Shown: one piece after another, positions 1 through 13,200 of the stretch
Numbering within the stretch: position 1 is the stretch's first letter
Layout of the letters: each line of letters begins with the position of its first letter
Assembly (NCBI GenBank): GCA_000708835.1
Contig: DF236952.1
Coordinates: 372,001-436,000, forward strand
DNA from: Klebsormidium nitens
Lineage: Eukaryota; Plantae; Klebsormidiophyceae
Reading direction: 5' to 3'
DNA length: 64,000 nt
Position numbers and translations under genes: made by a program
Notes under the pieces: model-generated
Databases searched by the model: none
Told to the model about the DNA's origin: nothing
The model's input: only the letters and a program-made list of their open reading frames with translations

Positions 1-79
1 CTTCTTTTTTCCGTCCCCCAACTGTGTCCATCTTCTGACGACTCCCTCTTTCTGACGAGTCTCTTGTGCTCTCGTGTAG

Positions 80-1689
80 GCACTACACGGTCCTCTTTGC
101 CCTCAGCACGGAAGTCCAAGACGAGTCGGACGCCGAAAGTCGGGTGGGTTTCGGCCCGATGCAACTTCTGAACTTTTGTTGTGATTTGTGTCTCAAGATG
201 CTTAGTTGCCAAATGCGGCCAGGCAGGTTTGGGAAACAATCACTGCGAGTAAAGTTGACTCCAATTGTATGCACCCGTAGAAGGAGGAATCTGGCGTCAT
301 TCCTTCCCCTGCTGCTCTCCCGGGCCACAAAGTTATGTGCACCACGTGTTTGACAGCGCACGACATGAGCGCCCACGTGGCAGCCCCCCCGACCAGGACG
401 AGGTTTGAAAATCGAAGCCTTGAACCCCAGAGTTAAAGAACAATCCCACTTTCCTGCACTATCAGGCGTGCGCTCATTATTTGCAGGCACGAAACAAGCT
501 GCGCCGTCAGCACCTTCTACCTGCGAAGTTGCAGCATATACGTCCTCAAACCGATTCACCCGTGCAGGAAGAGATGGTGCGCCGCGTGTTTGACGCGCAC
601 GACACAAGCGGCGGCGGTGGTTTCATTAGCCCTCCCGATCTGGAAAAGCTGCTCACGGAGCTAAAAATGAACCTGCCCGCCGCCACAGTCACAGAGCTGG
701 GCGCCAACGAGATCATCCTCTGGCAGGACTTCTGGCAGGTGCGCGAGTTAACCCAAACTGGTTAAAACGAATCTTAGGGTCAAGCTGACGGTCAAGCTTG
801 CGGTTATGGTGGAGATTTACTGTAGTGTTCCTCTCGCAAAGTTTATGGCCGGGGGCCGTGCAATCCATGTCTATTTTGTCTCAGGCGTCAATTTTGAATG
901 ATGTTGGAGAAATCGAAGAGAAGCTGATGCAATCACTGAGGTCAGCAACGGGGTCTATCTCTTTTGCAAGGGGCGGTGCGCTCATCCACAATTACGACTG
1001 AGGACAGGTTCAGGTGCCGTAGGGTTTAGGGCTAGGTTAGGCTCATCCCCAGGTTACCGAGAGGTCTTACAGCTTCTCGGTCAGACTTGGGTCGAGTACA
1101 GGGTCAACATCGAGTTCGCATTCTCGTCGTAGTTTCGGTCTGCCTTTTGAAATCAACTTCAGATCTTGGTTTGAGTAAGCCCTGTGGATCAGCCTTTCCC
1201 TTTCTTGATCGTTTTACGCAAAAAGGTCACAGAGTGCTTTCTGATCTTGGTTGAGGAAGCCGTGTGCACCAGCCTTTCCCCTTCTTGGATCCCTTCACTC
1301 AAAAAGGTCACAGAGTGCTTTCTGATCTTGGTTCGCAGGCCGCTTGCAACCTCGACCGGAGTCAGGGCGGCTACAAGGGCCTCTCCACTCCCAACCAGAA
1401 GCGCCAGTTCGAACTGTTCCACTTCAACGGGATCGCGAAGAGCATATCAAACGGGGGGGACGCGAAAGCAAGCACGAGCGGGGGGGGCGCGGAACAACGG
1501 CCGCGGCTTACGAGGTTGAAGGTCACGGTGCCGCCAAAATGGACGCCTGACGAGATGCTGGTAGCGGATAGCATGGAGGCCTTGAAAGAGGAGGAAGCGA
1601 TGCACGCACCGCTGGTGGACTGCATACGCTCGCGGTGGCAGCGCGCGACGTGTAACTGGCACGGGCAAGAAGCGCCCAGCATCGTTTAG
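80..1689 (+). CDS. MINDY3: MINDY-3/FAM188A-type deubiquitinase with EF-hand-like insert, 3' part (5' exons lie upstream of the window)
   Basis: Exons 80..143, 568..738, 1339..1689, all flanked by AG/GT and in frame. Spliced peptide HYTVLFALSTEVQDESDAESR|EEMVRRVFDAHDTSGGGGFIS...ILWQDFWQ|AACNLDRSQGG...FELFHFNGIAKS...PRLTRLKVTVPPKWTP...HAPLVDCIRSRWQRATCNWHGQEAPSIV* matches the plant MINDY3 C-terminus as I recall it, including the catalytic-His HY motif. Confidence 0.85.
1187..1333 (+). repeat. Direct repeat (~65 bp x2, period ~83) duplicating the 3' end of the last MINDY3 intron
   Basis: cagcctttccc.ttctt.gatc...caaaaaggtcacagagtgctttctgatcttggtt occurs at ~1190-1250 and ~1270-1333. The second copy runs into the functional acceptor (ttcgcag, 1338). 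Confidence 0.9.
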
Positions 1690-3077
1690 ATGTGCGGGAA
1701 TGTAGTGTGTCACGCCACGCTTTGCTTGCAAAGAGCACGGACTATCATAAGCATGATACGGAATCGGGCCCTCGTCGTAAATCAGCTCAATCCCCGCAAA
1801 GTCCTGGCGTGCATATCATGCAAGCAGGAGAACAGGAAGACGTTCCGGGAGTTGCTTGTTTTGGCAATAACCGAGTGTGTGGTCTCTCAACGCATTAAGG
1901 GTGACTATATACTCCGCTTCCGTTTTCTGCTGAATGCCTGAAGTTGCGTATGGTCTCCCATGGTGCATGGCAAGTGAGCTATCATTGTTGAATCGAGCTA
2001 GCAGAACTTGGCACTGAGCATGTAAAATGCCCATATTTCAGCAAATGATCATCTCTAGACATAGGGCCCTCAGTATTAATCAGGTGCTCGCGGACATACA
2101 GCATGGATTAAACAATCAGGGCTTCAGACACGTACGTTCTGCTGCATAGGCTGCATGGGCATTCCAACAGGCCCATCTCTAGCTCTAGCAGGGCGATCCG
2201 GCCCATGCACTGACAATTATGAACAGCGACCCCCGCCGGGAGTGATTGAACCAATCTCCTGTACGGCAGATATATATTTGTTGTAGTTGCGCATGCCGCA
2301 TGTGCAGTTCTTACTAGTACTCCAATTCTTCGTCTGCTTTTCAAATTCGGGACCGTACGTGTACGTTGCATGCGGGTTGAGTGCCAGCGGCACCGGGTTT
2401 GATGATGTACTATTTTGACTCTCTAATTGAAAACGATCATGGCTGGCAGAGTACAAATAGGTAGTCAAAGTTACGGCTGGTTGCTCGATTAGACAAGCTG
2501 TTTCAGTCATGCGCATCGCGGAACAGTGAGTGTCCTTTCCAAAATGAGAAGTTCTAACGTCTCACGCATGCATTGACTGATTATGTTGCAGCTACGTTTC
2601 ACTTAAGACAAACCCATGCATTCTTAATCATGAACGCACGGGACAATCATTGGTTAGAGTCTTCTGTCACCCATCAGCTCAGCCCTGCAAAAGACCTGGC
2701 AATGATCCCGATCGCATGAGAGACCAACCACATACATGCGTATGCGGACTGTCCGCGAGCTTTATCTGTCATGCATGTAGTACGGTACAGCTGCATAGTA
2801 GATTGTGGTCGCTAAAAGGCGGTACGTCGCGCAACACGAAGTTCTCCTAGTTTCGGATCTGCTCCTCGGGGAACGTAGTATGTCTACATTGATCTCAGTC
2901 CGATCCGCGCACCTTCAGTAAGTGTTTTGCTGACCGATGAATATACAGTCACTGAGTGCTGGGCAGGTTCGAGGTCCCCCATGGACGTTGATTCTCAGAG
3001 CCAGCGTGCCTAGCGAGGCCTGATGAAAAGCCTTTACATCTGGCTACTCTAACCGCGAAACGGTGCTCCTCAATATG

Positions 3078-6000
3078 TTACAACGAAAAAGCTGCATTTG
3101 AGACCTCTTCCATCTTCAGCGGTCTGCGCTCCCTATCTTTGTACACTTTCGCGTCGACCCTATCCTTATCCTTATGGTACGTGGCATAGAGCAAGCCATA
3201 AGTCGCCGCGCAAATGCCAAAGGACGGCGCCATGCATGCAAACAGGCCGTTTGACAGCGCTCGCGCGTTCGCAGCGGACGGCTCGCTAGCCTTCAACACA
3301 TCGAACTTGTATCCGTACATTACTTCCGCGAGAACTCCAACCAAGGGCGCCGCGAGGGCCGAAAGGCTCCCCTCGAAAGCGCGGTCAAAGGCGTAGATGG
3401 TGGTGCGAAGATCGGGAGGGACGATATCTGCAAAGGACAGGAGATTGGAAGCTTTTACAGGACGAGATGAAGGGCTTGCGTCTGCGACTCTAACGGAAAA
3501 CTTCGACTGCATGATCAACGCCCAACAACGGGTGCTGCCGTGCTTGAGACAGCCACTCCCCGCAGATATGTATGATAAGTTGTATCCCGGCAAGAGCCTC
3601 TCCTATGACAAGTTCACTACTCCCAAGCACTCACCCGCAAAGATGGGGTTATTGCACATGCTTTGACGCCTGCTCAACAACTCCGCCATAAGTCACGGCG
3701 ACGCTAGTAGAACGACCGCAGGCTCGGGCTTACGAAGCTCAACTCTCCCCTTTAAGAACTCGTTCCCTGGCAATCTATTGCGAAATGCTAGATCTATTCC
3801 CTACTAACGAGTTCCCTGCCCCAAAAACTCACTCGCACGCGCTGAGACCCAGCTGGTAGCTGTCGCCCTTTGAAACAGCAGTTCCCTATACTTCCAGAAC
3901 ATTATTGGACGAGAAATTATTAAAACCGTTTTTGAACCTCACCCGCAAAGGTGGGTTTATTCCACGCGCTTTGACACCAGCTAATGGAGGTCGCCACAAG
4001 AAAGAGTAGCGCCCCGTTGAGCCAGCACAGTCTCGGCGAGCAACCCACAACCGTAACAAAACTCACCCGCGAAGATGGGGTTATTGCACGCGCTTTGACA
4101 CCAGCTGATGGACGTCGCCATGAGAAACAGCAGCGCCCCGTAGAGCCAAAACAGTTGCGGGTCCTGGGGGATCATCAGCAGGAGCAGCCACGTGAACGGG
4201 ACCCCCGACCCCGCGCTGTACTGCGCGCACATGATGCGGCCCGCGCCCGGAAAGCGCTTCGCCGCGCGATCGCCGAGCCAGCCGCCAAATACGGCGCCAA
4301 ACGCGCAGCCTGCGAGGGATGACGTAGGGTGACGTTAGTGCAGGTCGTAGATGGACAATCGAAGATTTTGGAGCCTCCTGCGCCCGGGAAGCGCTTTGCC
4401 GCGCGGTCGCCGAGCCAGCCGCCGAACATGGCGCCAAACGCTCAGCCTGGGAGAGGAGGATGGAGGTGACGTCAGAGTTGCGACTCGGGGTTCAACGAAC
4501 AGGGTCATAAGAAGGAACCAATTTAGGACGAGAACATCTGAGGAGAAGCTGAATCGTCCTGCACTGCGCAAAAAACTTGCCCTGCGATTGCCGAGCCCGC
4601 CACTGAACACGGCGCCAAGCGCGCAGCGTGCGGGGGATGACGTAAAGTGACGTTAGTGTTGGTCGTAAGGGAATACTGAATATGTGCACATCTTGGAGCG
4701 TCCTGCGCCCGAGAAACGCTTCGCCGCACGGTCGACGAGGCAGCCGCCGAATATGGCGCCAAACGCGCAGCCTGGGAGAGATGACGTATGTTGACGTCAC
4801 GCTTGCGGAGGTCGAGGGACTGGAAGTTTGTCGAACAAAGTTTGCAAGCATGCGGCAGGTGATAAAGATCCTCTGCCCGGTAAAGTGCTTTGCTGCGCGG
4901 CCACTGAACCAGCCGCAATCAATGGCGCCCGGCATGCAGCCTGGGGGAATAACGCAGGTTGACGTCAGCATTGCGTTTTGGGGTTAGGACGGACGGGCTT
5001 TGAAGACGAAACGTTTCCTAAGGGAAGAGAGTACTTAAGAGGGTTTTGAAGCATCCTGGGCACCGAAGCGCTTTGCCGTGAGGCCGCCTAGCCAGCCGCC
5101 AGGAACGGCGCCTACTGCGCAGCCTAGGGGAAAAGACGCAGGGTGACGTGATTGTTAAGCTTTGGGGCTACGGAACAGGGGTCTTTTAAAAAAAGGTGAA
5201 AAGAGCGGTAGAACATCGGGCAGGTCCGAAAGCGTCCTGCCTTTGGGAAGTGCTTCGCCGCTCAATCCTCGAATAGCCGCCGAGACGGTGCTGAGCGCAC
5301 AGCCTGGGGCATGTGACGTAGGGTGACGTTGTTGTTGCAGCTAAAGCTCGAGAGGAACAGGTAAGGCTACCGACAAACCTGTGACAATGGACAAATCTAG
5401 AAGCCTCCTGAACCAAGAAGCGCTTCGTGCTGCGGACGGGAGCCGGCCGCCATTGAAGCAGCCTGGCGGGAGATGACGCAGGGTGACGTTAGGAGTGCGA
5501 ATGGGGCTGTCAGGAACAGGGTTATGAGGAGGAAAGCTCCTTCCAGGACAAAATCAGCTCCGGTGGCTGGAAGTTCAAAGTCCTCCAACACCCAAATGGT
5601 TTTCACACCCTAGACCCTTACCTGCGGAGAAGAGCCCCCTGAGATACGCGTCAATGCTGTGGCTGACACCGATGACTTGCAATAACATGGTAAACAAGAG
5701 GAGCGCCTTCAAGGAAACCTACCGACCCAGAAAAGCACTCAAGAAAGAGATTCAGAGGTTCAACCCTTGCGATCCTCGAAGACTCAATCGTACCTGTTGA
5801 GAACAGCCCCATGAGGTATGCAGCGTTGCTGTGGCTGAAGCCGATGAGCTGCAGCCACATGGTATCGAAACGAGAGTCTGCCACGGGATGCTCTCAATAC
5901 CCGTGATACTTAGAAAGAATGAATGAGTGCTGAAGGACTCTTTGAGAAAGCTCAGGCCTACCTGTGGAGAAGAGCCCCATGAGATACGCGGCGTTGCTGT

Positions 6001-9000
6001 GGCTGAACCCGATGAGCTGCAGCCACATGGTGAAGAAAACGAGCGACTGCCAGGGGATGCTCCCAATGACGCCCTGCGCGATGATCAACTGGAAGGACCG
6101 CAACTTGAGCACTGAGCGGACGCCCGTCATCGACGAAGAGAGGCTCTCTCGAAACGTGCCGGGGCCGCTGGAAAAGGAAACGGCGCGGTTAGTGTCTGGG
6201 TCAAGATCGCTGCAGGGAAAAGGAACGAGTGGGTTAGCTTTATCTGAAAGTGTATCCGGTGCTTCGTTGACGGAAGGTGGAAAGAAACTTGGTTAACGAG
6301 CAACAACACCCGAAACGGAGATGTGACACTCTTGCAGAAAGCGCCCGCGCCGCTGCGGCTGGGTTAGTCTTTGGATTGAGATCGCCGCGGGAAAAGACGA
6401 CGCCTGGGTCAGCGATTATTGAAAGCTCAGCCTGTGCTTCACCAAGGAAACCTGGTTACTGAGGAGAATACGTCTTGACCAACGAAACGAGGCTCTCACG
6501 AAATGCACCGGGGCCGCTGGACAAGGGACCGGCCGGGTTGATGTCAGGGTTAAGGTTTTGTTTGATCGCGGAGATCAGAAGAACGACGAAACTAGGCGCC
6601 GAGGTAAAACAACTTGGAGGCAGGGGTTTGGGAGAAGCCCGCCAACAACGAAGCAAGGCTCTGGCAGGGAGTGCCGACACTGCTGGAGACGAGAACGGTT
6701 GTGTTGGCGTTCTTCGGTGGGTGCTTTGTTTGGGTGCTTCAGAACGGGGGAAAAAAGAAGAAGGAAAAACCGGCCCCGTTTTACCTGCCTTCCGACACGG
6801 GTCGCGGGTCCACCACGTACGCATACACTAGCCACCCCACGCCGAGGCTAATTACGGCCATCCCGACGAACGCAACTCTCCAGCCATCCATTCCGAAGTA
6901 GCGCCCCCCCGCGAGCATGGTTGCCGCCATGCTCCCCCCGATGCCCCCCACGTTTCCGGTTAGGTTGAGCCAACCGAAGGCTAACCCGCGGCCCTCCTCG
7001 TGGCTGTCGGCAACAAAGGATTGGATGGCGGGGATGACGATAGCAAGCCCGACCTGGGTAGAGAAAGCTCTGTGAGTTGCAAAACCGGTCTTCTAGCTTT
7101 CGGGATTGCTTAATTGGATTTGGGGCTGAGGATATGATGGCAAGGTCGTTTTGAGGAGTCAAAGCAAGTTGGGGTTTGTTTCAAGGAGGTAACATGCTTT
7201 TGAACGGCTAACTCGTTTTCAAGTAACGGGACGTTATGAATCATCGGGATAGTTGACAAGGAGGGGTAGCCTCAGGACCAAGACAATCAATGACTAGCTT
7301 AAGGGTCCGTCGATTGAAGGTTCTCTTGACCTAAATGATTCTGACTTTAAAAAGAGAAGGTTGTCTGGAAAGAGGACCTGATTGAAGCGGACTCGCTATG
7401 TGCCCTGCCCCAATCTTCCAGGCCTAGAAATGAAAGCCTAGTTTGTTACGATTTTGCCTTTCTGAAAGCGGGGTTTAATACACAGAAGGGAGGAACGAAT
7501 TTCATATTGACACACTGCTTGAGATAATTTGGCGTGGCAGAATGCGTAAGTGCAACATGGTCATATTCGAGCCCATGCCGAACACCTCGGTGGAGCAGTC
7601 TCACCACTTGAAGACAGAGTCGAATTGATCAATTGATGGCACGGCTAAGAATGATACATCTCCACACGACCTCCATTCTCCCACTTCTCAAGCGCCCCTT
7701 CAAAATCACAACAGAAGGCCTTTCAGGGTACTGCATTATTGACCAACTGATGACAATTGATTACATCGTCCGGCTGGACTGGACCGTGCCAGATACAAAC
7801 AAGCCTGTTCGTCTTACCCCTGTGATCGCTCGCCCAATCATCGCCTGGAAGTAGGTGGTACTAAGCCCCACAATGAGAGTTGCGCCCGCCCAGATGATAG
7901 TCCCAATTCCAATGACAGTCCCTCTGTCGTAGTGCATGGCTAGAAACCCGGCCATGGGGCTGAACAGCGCCTGGACAAGCGCCCTGGTGAAGGTGAGCGT
8001 GCCAAGCTTGCTGGGGCTAGCTTTAAGGGCCACCCCGACCTCTTGGTAAACTGCATAAGAGAAGATGGGTCTTTGTGAGTCAGGAATTCGATCTTCAAAA
8101 TGTTGAGAACAGCTGCCATGTTAGAACAAGCTCGATAGGCTCACCTGCTGCCCTCATGAGCCATCCTAACCATGTGTCACCACGCGAGAGAAAGAGCTTG
8201 GTAAATAACTGCACTACTCAAAAGCGAATGTAGCTTTCTACCTGCTAGGGCCGGTTTTGAGGGTCACCCCAACCTCCTGCTGTACTACCGGGTAACTCTG
8301 AGGTTTCTCCAGCATGAATACAACAGACCCTGAAGCTTCGAGTCTCCAATGCTAGTGATTGTTGAATGCCGCCGGACCTCCTAGTAGACTACAGAGTAGA
8401 AAAAGTCTCACTCTCGAAGTTTGAGAGTCTACACTGACTTGTGTGATTCAAAAAGATTTGAAGGACCACCTCCAATTCTGGTGGAAGAGAAGAAGAAGTC
8501 ATCTGTATGTCATTGAAGCACATCAAGTTCCGCCAGACGAGAAACATGCTTTCAACAACCTGCAAAAGAACCGTTGAGCATAATCTCACCATCTTGACAG
8601 GCTCTCCCAAACAGAAGTACCAAACAATGCAGATTGTTCAGAAGGGAGCAGCCACGGCTCTGATTGCGGCGCACGAACAAGTGCACTCTTCATTACGCCC
8701 AAGCAAATAACAAGGTTGAGACACTTCCAGGACACCTTGTGTACGGGTTGCATGTGCTGCAATGTGCAGCACAGCCATTTGCCTTTCTGCACTAATAGCT
8801 TCTTGGCTTCGTGGCTGACCTCTTTAATAATTGCACGTAACATTCAGATGCTGTGATGCCTTCTGAAAACTGTTCATTGCCACTCTTAGCAGACCATCAA
8901 CTCTTTGAAACAGGTCTTTGAGAAAGGCACAAATGCGAACCATATGGAAAAACACAGGGCAATGCGTCATCTTTTGAATGTTCTGCAGAATTAGGGCAAG

Positions 9001-9287
9001 AAGCAGGTTACCAATCTAAGCTAATGTATTGTGCTCGAGACTCTCTTTCCAAAGCATCCCGAAAATGTACTACGATGCATTGCATGTTTTGAATTAACCG
9101 CTTCCAGATTTTGAAAAGAAGCACATGGAATCTATGCAACTGAAGCGCATTGATAAATTGGCGCACCTGCTGGTAAAAGGCGTTCGTCTGCACTTTCCAT
9201 GATTGCAGCTAGATTAATGAGGAACAAAGTGCGAGACTGGACAAAGGATGACGGGCCCCGCCCCCCTGGGAGGCCAGAGGACCCCAT
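3078..9287 (-). CDS. Major facilitator superfamily transporter (plant spinster-like MFS_1), 6 exons, 487 aa
   Basis: Exons complement(9167..9287, 7818..8050, 6785..7053, 5962..6209, 4067..4309, 3078..3427) = 1464 nt, open frame, all GT-AG. Peptide MGSSG...TLFLINLAAIMESADERLLPA|VYQEVGVALKASPSKLGTLTF...|VGLAIVIPAIQSFVAD...RGLAFGWL...GWRVAF...|...SFQLIIAQGVIGSIPW...|GCAFGAVFGGWLGDRAAKRFP...|DIVPPDLRTTIYAFDRAFE..., with many hydrophobic helices and the MFS GxLxDR motif. Confidence 0.92.
3630..3985 (-). repeat. Donor-side echoes of MFS exon 5 (exon end + GT donor)
   Basis: ctcacccgcaaag..ggg.tatt.cac..gctttgac at ~3630-3670 and ~3938-3985, plus an eroded copy at ~3826-3840, repeat the real exon end at 4062-4105. 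Confidence 0.8.
4313..5491 (-). repeat. Seven tandem acceptor-side echoes of MFS exon 5
   Basis: Units of [branch/polypyrimidine + AG + ~70 nt of exon 5 start]. Acceptor trinucleotides at 4447, 4628 (mutated to CAC), 4772, 4941, 5124, 5304 and 5463, versus the real one at 4310. Confidence 0.92.
5620..5905 (-). repeat. Two donor-side echoes of MFS exon 4
   Basis: Copies of ...MWLQLIGFSHSNAAYLMGLFST|GT, with donors at 5792 and 5620 versus the real donor at 5960. The nearer copy has a 1-nt deletion (CTCGTTTCGATACCATG vs CTCGTTTTCTTCACCATG). Confidence 0.9.
6330..6570 (-). repeat. Two decayed acceptor-side echoes of MFS exon 4
   Basis: ~6335-6425 and ~6485-6570 resemble 6140-6250 (gagaggctctctcgaaacgtgccggggccgctggaaaagg...gatcgctgcagggaaaag). 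Confidence 0.7.
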
Positions 9288-10281
9288 CCTTGCACACTTG
9301 AGACAAAATTGAGTGAGAAAATTTCAACTGCAGATGCAATGTGGTACTGCTGAGATTATTCTCAAGTTACGGTCCTAGCTATTCAACGATAAACGCGATC
9401 AGTCTACTGCATCGTGAGCTTCGAATTCTGGAGGCTTTGGCGCCTTTCGGGTTTTCCTTTCGTACCAGAAGGCAGCATGCAATGTGCATGCTACCTGGTC
9501 ACCGCCCACCGCGGCATGATACAGCTAGCTAGTACTAGTAGTAGAAGCCTGGAGGCTGGAGCCTGCAAGGCCGACTGTTCAAACTTCAAGTTCAACTTCA
9601 AGCCCAGCCGAGGCTACCTGTATCCTAGCGAACGGCGCCGCGCGCGCGGCGGGCGCACTCAAGCGTGGTAGGTACCTCAGTCATAACTACGTACCGTTCC
9701 AGTCCCGGCCGATCACTGACAAGTCGCCACTTGGCACTGAGCTAACTGAGCAGTGAGGGATCCACTCGGGAGCCTGTCACCGACCACTTCAGGCCCACCC
9801 GGGTGCGGTGCCCGGTATCCTACTTTGGTCCGACACGATCCCGCGCCAGAATGTACCGGTGTCATCCTACTGGGAATACACCTACAGTAGACCTGACCTT
9901 GCGTCGGGCCCTCCAGGTGTATAGCCGGCCCATAGCCGGCTGGTCAATCAATGTCATCATGGTCCCGGCTCTACCTATCCTGGTTGGGGGAGCGTACCAG
10001 GCCTTGAAAACTAGGGATCCCTCACATGTCGACACGAACTCCGAACAGAAGTCCGAACAGTCCGGATTTCAGGGACCGGATCCTTGGCTCGAGCCAGTGC
10101 TCGTTAGCTCCAGGCTTTACCGCCACACTACGGTATCCAAGTATTATGTACTTGAAGTTGAATGAGCTGAGAGCCGTGACTTCCAAGAAACAAGCACGAG
10201 CTGGCGAAGTGCTCCCATAACGTCAGTCTCTTGCGAGTTGTGGTTTGCGCTAGTGCAATCTGGACGGAGGGCGAGCCGCCA

Positions 10282-13200
10282 ATGGAGGGGCTGCGGAGCG
10301 TGCTTATGGGCGTCCTTGTTTTGGCCTCACTCCTTAATGGCGGTTCCTGCATAACTCTAGACCAAGTAGCCAGCATGGTCCCAGGCGGCAATCTTAATGC
10401 AATCTCCACGCTGAATCTCAGCTCTCGGGGGCTTACCGGTGCTCTTCCTCCTGAACTGGGTCTCCTGCAAAATCTCATTGTTCTTGACCTGTCAGACAAC
10501 CAGCTCTCAGGGCCCATTCCCCCTGAGCTAGGCAACCTTGCCGGACTTCAGAAACTGTGGCTCCATATCAATAAACTTTCAGGGGCCATTCCCCGCACCC
10601 TGGGCGGGCTTGGATCCCTCAAATCACTGGCACTCTTTAACAACAGCCTCTCTGGAGGGATCCCTGCGGAGCTCGGCCAACTGGCAAACCTGGAGTACTT
10701 CGACGTAGGTAACAATCTTTTGTCGGGAGTCCTTCCGGCCACGTTGGCCCAAATCCCTGTTCTGTCCTGGCTAGCCGTTTTCAACAACCAGCTATCAGGT
10801 GCATTTCCTCCAGCCGTCGCCGCCTCACCCTCTCTAGTAATCGCCGACTTGTCAAGGAATAGCTTTTCGGGGGGGATCCCTGTCGAGTTTGGGAGCGCAA
10901 CTGCGCTGGAGGAGCTATATCTGTGGAACAACAGTCTGTCAGGTCCCATTCCGCCCCAACTTGGAAACCTCACGCGACTACGGATATTGAGTCTTTCAAC
11001 GAACCCGCTCTCGGGCTCCATTCCTCCCGCATTGGGTGGCGCAACTGCTCTGGAGGTGTTGTACCTTTATAACAACAATCTGTCGGGTCCCATTCCTCCC
11101 CAAGTGGGAAATTTCCCACGACTCCGGAAACTGGATCTTGGAAGCAACCGGCTCTCGGGCGCCATTCCTCCGGCACTAGGCGGGCTCACCCGATTGACCT
11201 ACCTCAGCCTGTTTGACAACTCTCTTACGGGCCCGATCCCTCCGGAGCTGGGCTCTCTCACCAGGCTGCAGTACCTGTATCTCTCCTTCAATTACATTTC
11301 CGGGCGCATTCCCCCCTCCCTGGGCAGCCTTGCCAGTCTTGTAGAACTCGACCTGAGGGCATACGAGTATAGCAGCCCCACCCTGTCCGGCCCCATTCCC
11401 CCAGAGCTCGGCCGCCTGTCCAATCTCCGTTACCTGGGGTTATCCTGGAACTCGCTGAACGGCACAATTCCCCATGAATTGGGGGAGGCGCGAAGCCTCC
11501 AATATCTGCGCCTGGAATGGACCAGGCTGTCGGGGGCGATTCCGGATGCGCTGGGAAACCTCCAAAACCTGCTCTACATCAACATAACACGAGCGAGCTT
11601 GATGGGGCCGATCCCCTCGGGGCTCGGACGGCTTTCTGCGCTGAAGAGCCTGGACCTGTCTAGAAACTCATTGACGGGGCCCATTCCCCCGGAACTTGGC
11701 AACCTAGCCAACCTGGAAGAACTGCTCCTGGGGAACAACTTTGGGATCTCGGGTACGATTCCCTTGGAGCTGGGCAGGCTTACCAAACTGAGGCGACTCA
11801 ATCTGGAGAGTGCTAACCTTTCCGGGCCGATCCCCCCTGAACTTGGGAATCTTGCCAATATGGAGCTCCTTGAGTTAGAAAGCTTCTCGGACGGCCGCAC
11901 GTTGGGGCCCATACCCCACGAGCTTGGCCGCCTCGCGCGGTTGACCCATTTGGACCTTGAGAACAGCCGCGGCTTCTCAGGTGAGATCCCGGAAGAGTTT
12001 GCCGCGCTGACCAGGCTCTCATACCTGAACCTTCGGGGGTGCAACCTGACCGGGCGGATTCCCCCCTGGTTTGGGGGTCTAACCAGCCTAACCGAGCTTG
12101 ACCTCTCAGTGAACAACTTGACCGGGCCCATTCCCTCGGAGCTGACGGGACTCACCCAGCTGACGTCACTGTCGCTAGCGCGCAACAATCTGTCCGGACC
12201 CATCCCCTCTCAGCTAGGTTCCCTTGTCAACCTAACATCGCTATCGATCTACCAAAACAGCCTGTCTGGAGAGATCCCCGCCGGCCTGGGTAACCTTGTG
12301 CAATTGACAGAATTGTATTTCTTCAAGAACCGCCTAAGTGGGGGGATCCCTGCGGAGCTGGGCCGCATGACCAAGCTTAGATACATAGACCTGTCCATTA
12401 ATAGCCTGACTGGGCGGATCCCAGGGGAGCTCGGGGCCCTAGGCGGTCCAGTTAGTAGTGGCTCTTTCTCGCTTGATCTGGGTAGCAACCGGTTGTCTGG
12501 GGAGATCCCCCCCGAGCTGTTCCGCGCGCCTTTCGGGATGTACTACCTCGACCTGTCCAACAACAGCCTGTCCGGGGCGATTCCGGCGGAGATTGCCAAC
12601 ATCAAGTCTTTGGAAACGTTCCGGCTGTCCTCCAATAACCTAACCGGGGAAATTCCCCGGAGTCTTGGGAAGAATCGCGGCCTCCGCGAGATCGACCTCT
12701 CGGACAACCGGTTGTCGGGGCCTCTGCCGCCGGAGCTTGCCACATTGGACTTCTGCAAAGTCTTCCGGGTTTCGAACAACAGCCTGACGGGGCCTATTCC
12801 CCCGACCTACGCGAGGCGCCAAGACGGCTATCGCAGCGCCGGCCTTGGGAACTCGGAATTCGCCGTGGCGCACAACATGCTTTCCGGCCCGCTCCCGTCT
12901 AACATGTGCGTCTGGGACTTGGACGTCTCGTACAACGCTCTCTCCGGGCCTGTTCCCACCGACATCGCCACCTGCGTCTACGGCAACTTGGACTTGAGTG
13001 GGAATGCGTTCACTGGCTCGCCGGCGGAGCCACGTGTCCGAATGCCCCTTGTTTTGGGGATCGACTACCCCCTTCCAAAGTAAGTCCCTTCCACCTGCGC
13101 ACTAGCTTGTCGTCGTCTCTCTGGTGTCACGGGGGCCTCTTTGGAATAGGTTCTGCTTTGGCTTGTTGCACTGCCCTGCGGGTTTTCCCGCTTTCGATTC

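Noticed and set aside
4313-5491. Regularly spaced repeats resembling a CRISPR array
   Set aside because: The units are ~100-bp degenerate copies of the neighbouring eukaryotic exon boundary, the spacers are also related to each other, and there are no cas genes.
8389-8843. ORFs inside MFS intron 1 as a possible nested gene or transposon
   Set aside because: Fragmentary, with no transposase or RT motifs. The only recognisable piece nearby (~8242-8300) is an echo of MFS exon 2.
10128-12873. Multiple long antisense ORFs over the LRR exon
   Set aside because: Shadow frames of a GC-rich repetitive coding sequence; no independent motifs.
12906-13083. Possible frameshift at the end of the LRR exon (alternative frame GATCPNAPCFGDRLPPSK looks like an LRR C-cap)
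   Set aside because: The uninterrupted frame splices cleanly (AA|gtaagt to cctgcag|C) and yields an LRR-like PLPNWMPNATNLTALRLGVN, so no frameshift is needed. The alternative is not formally excluded.
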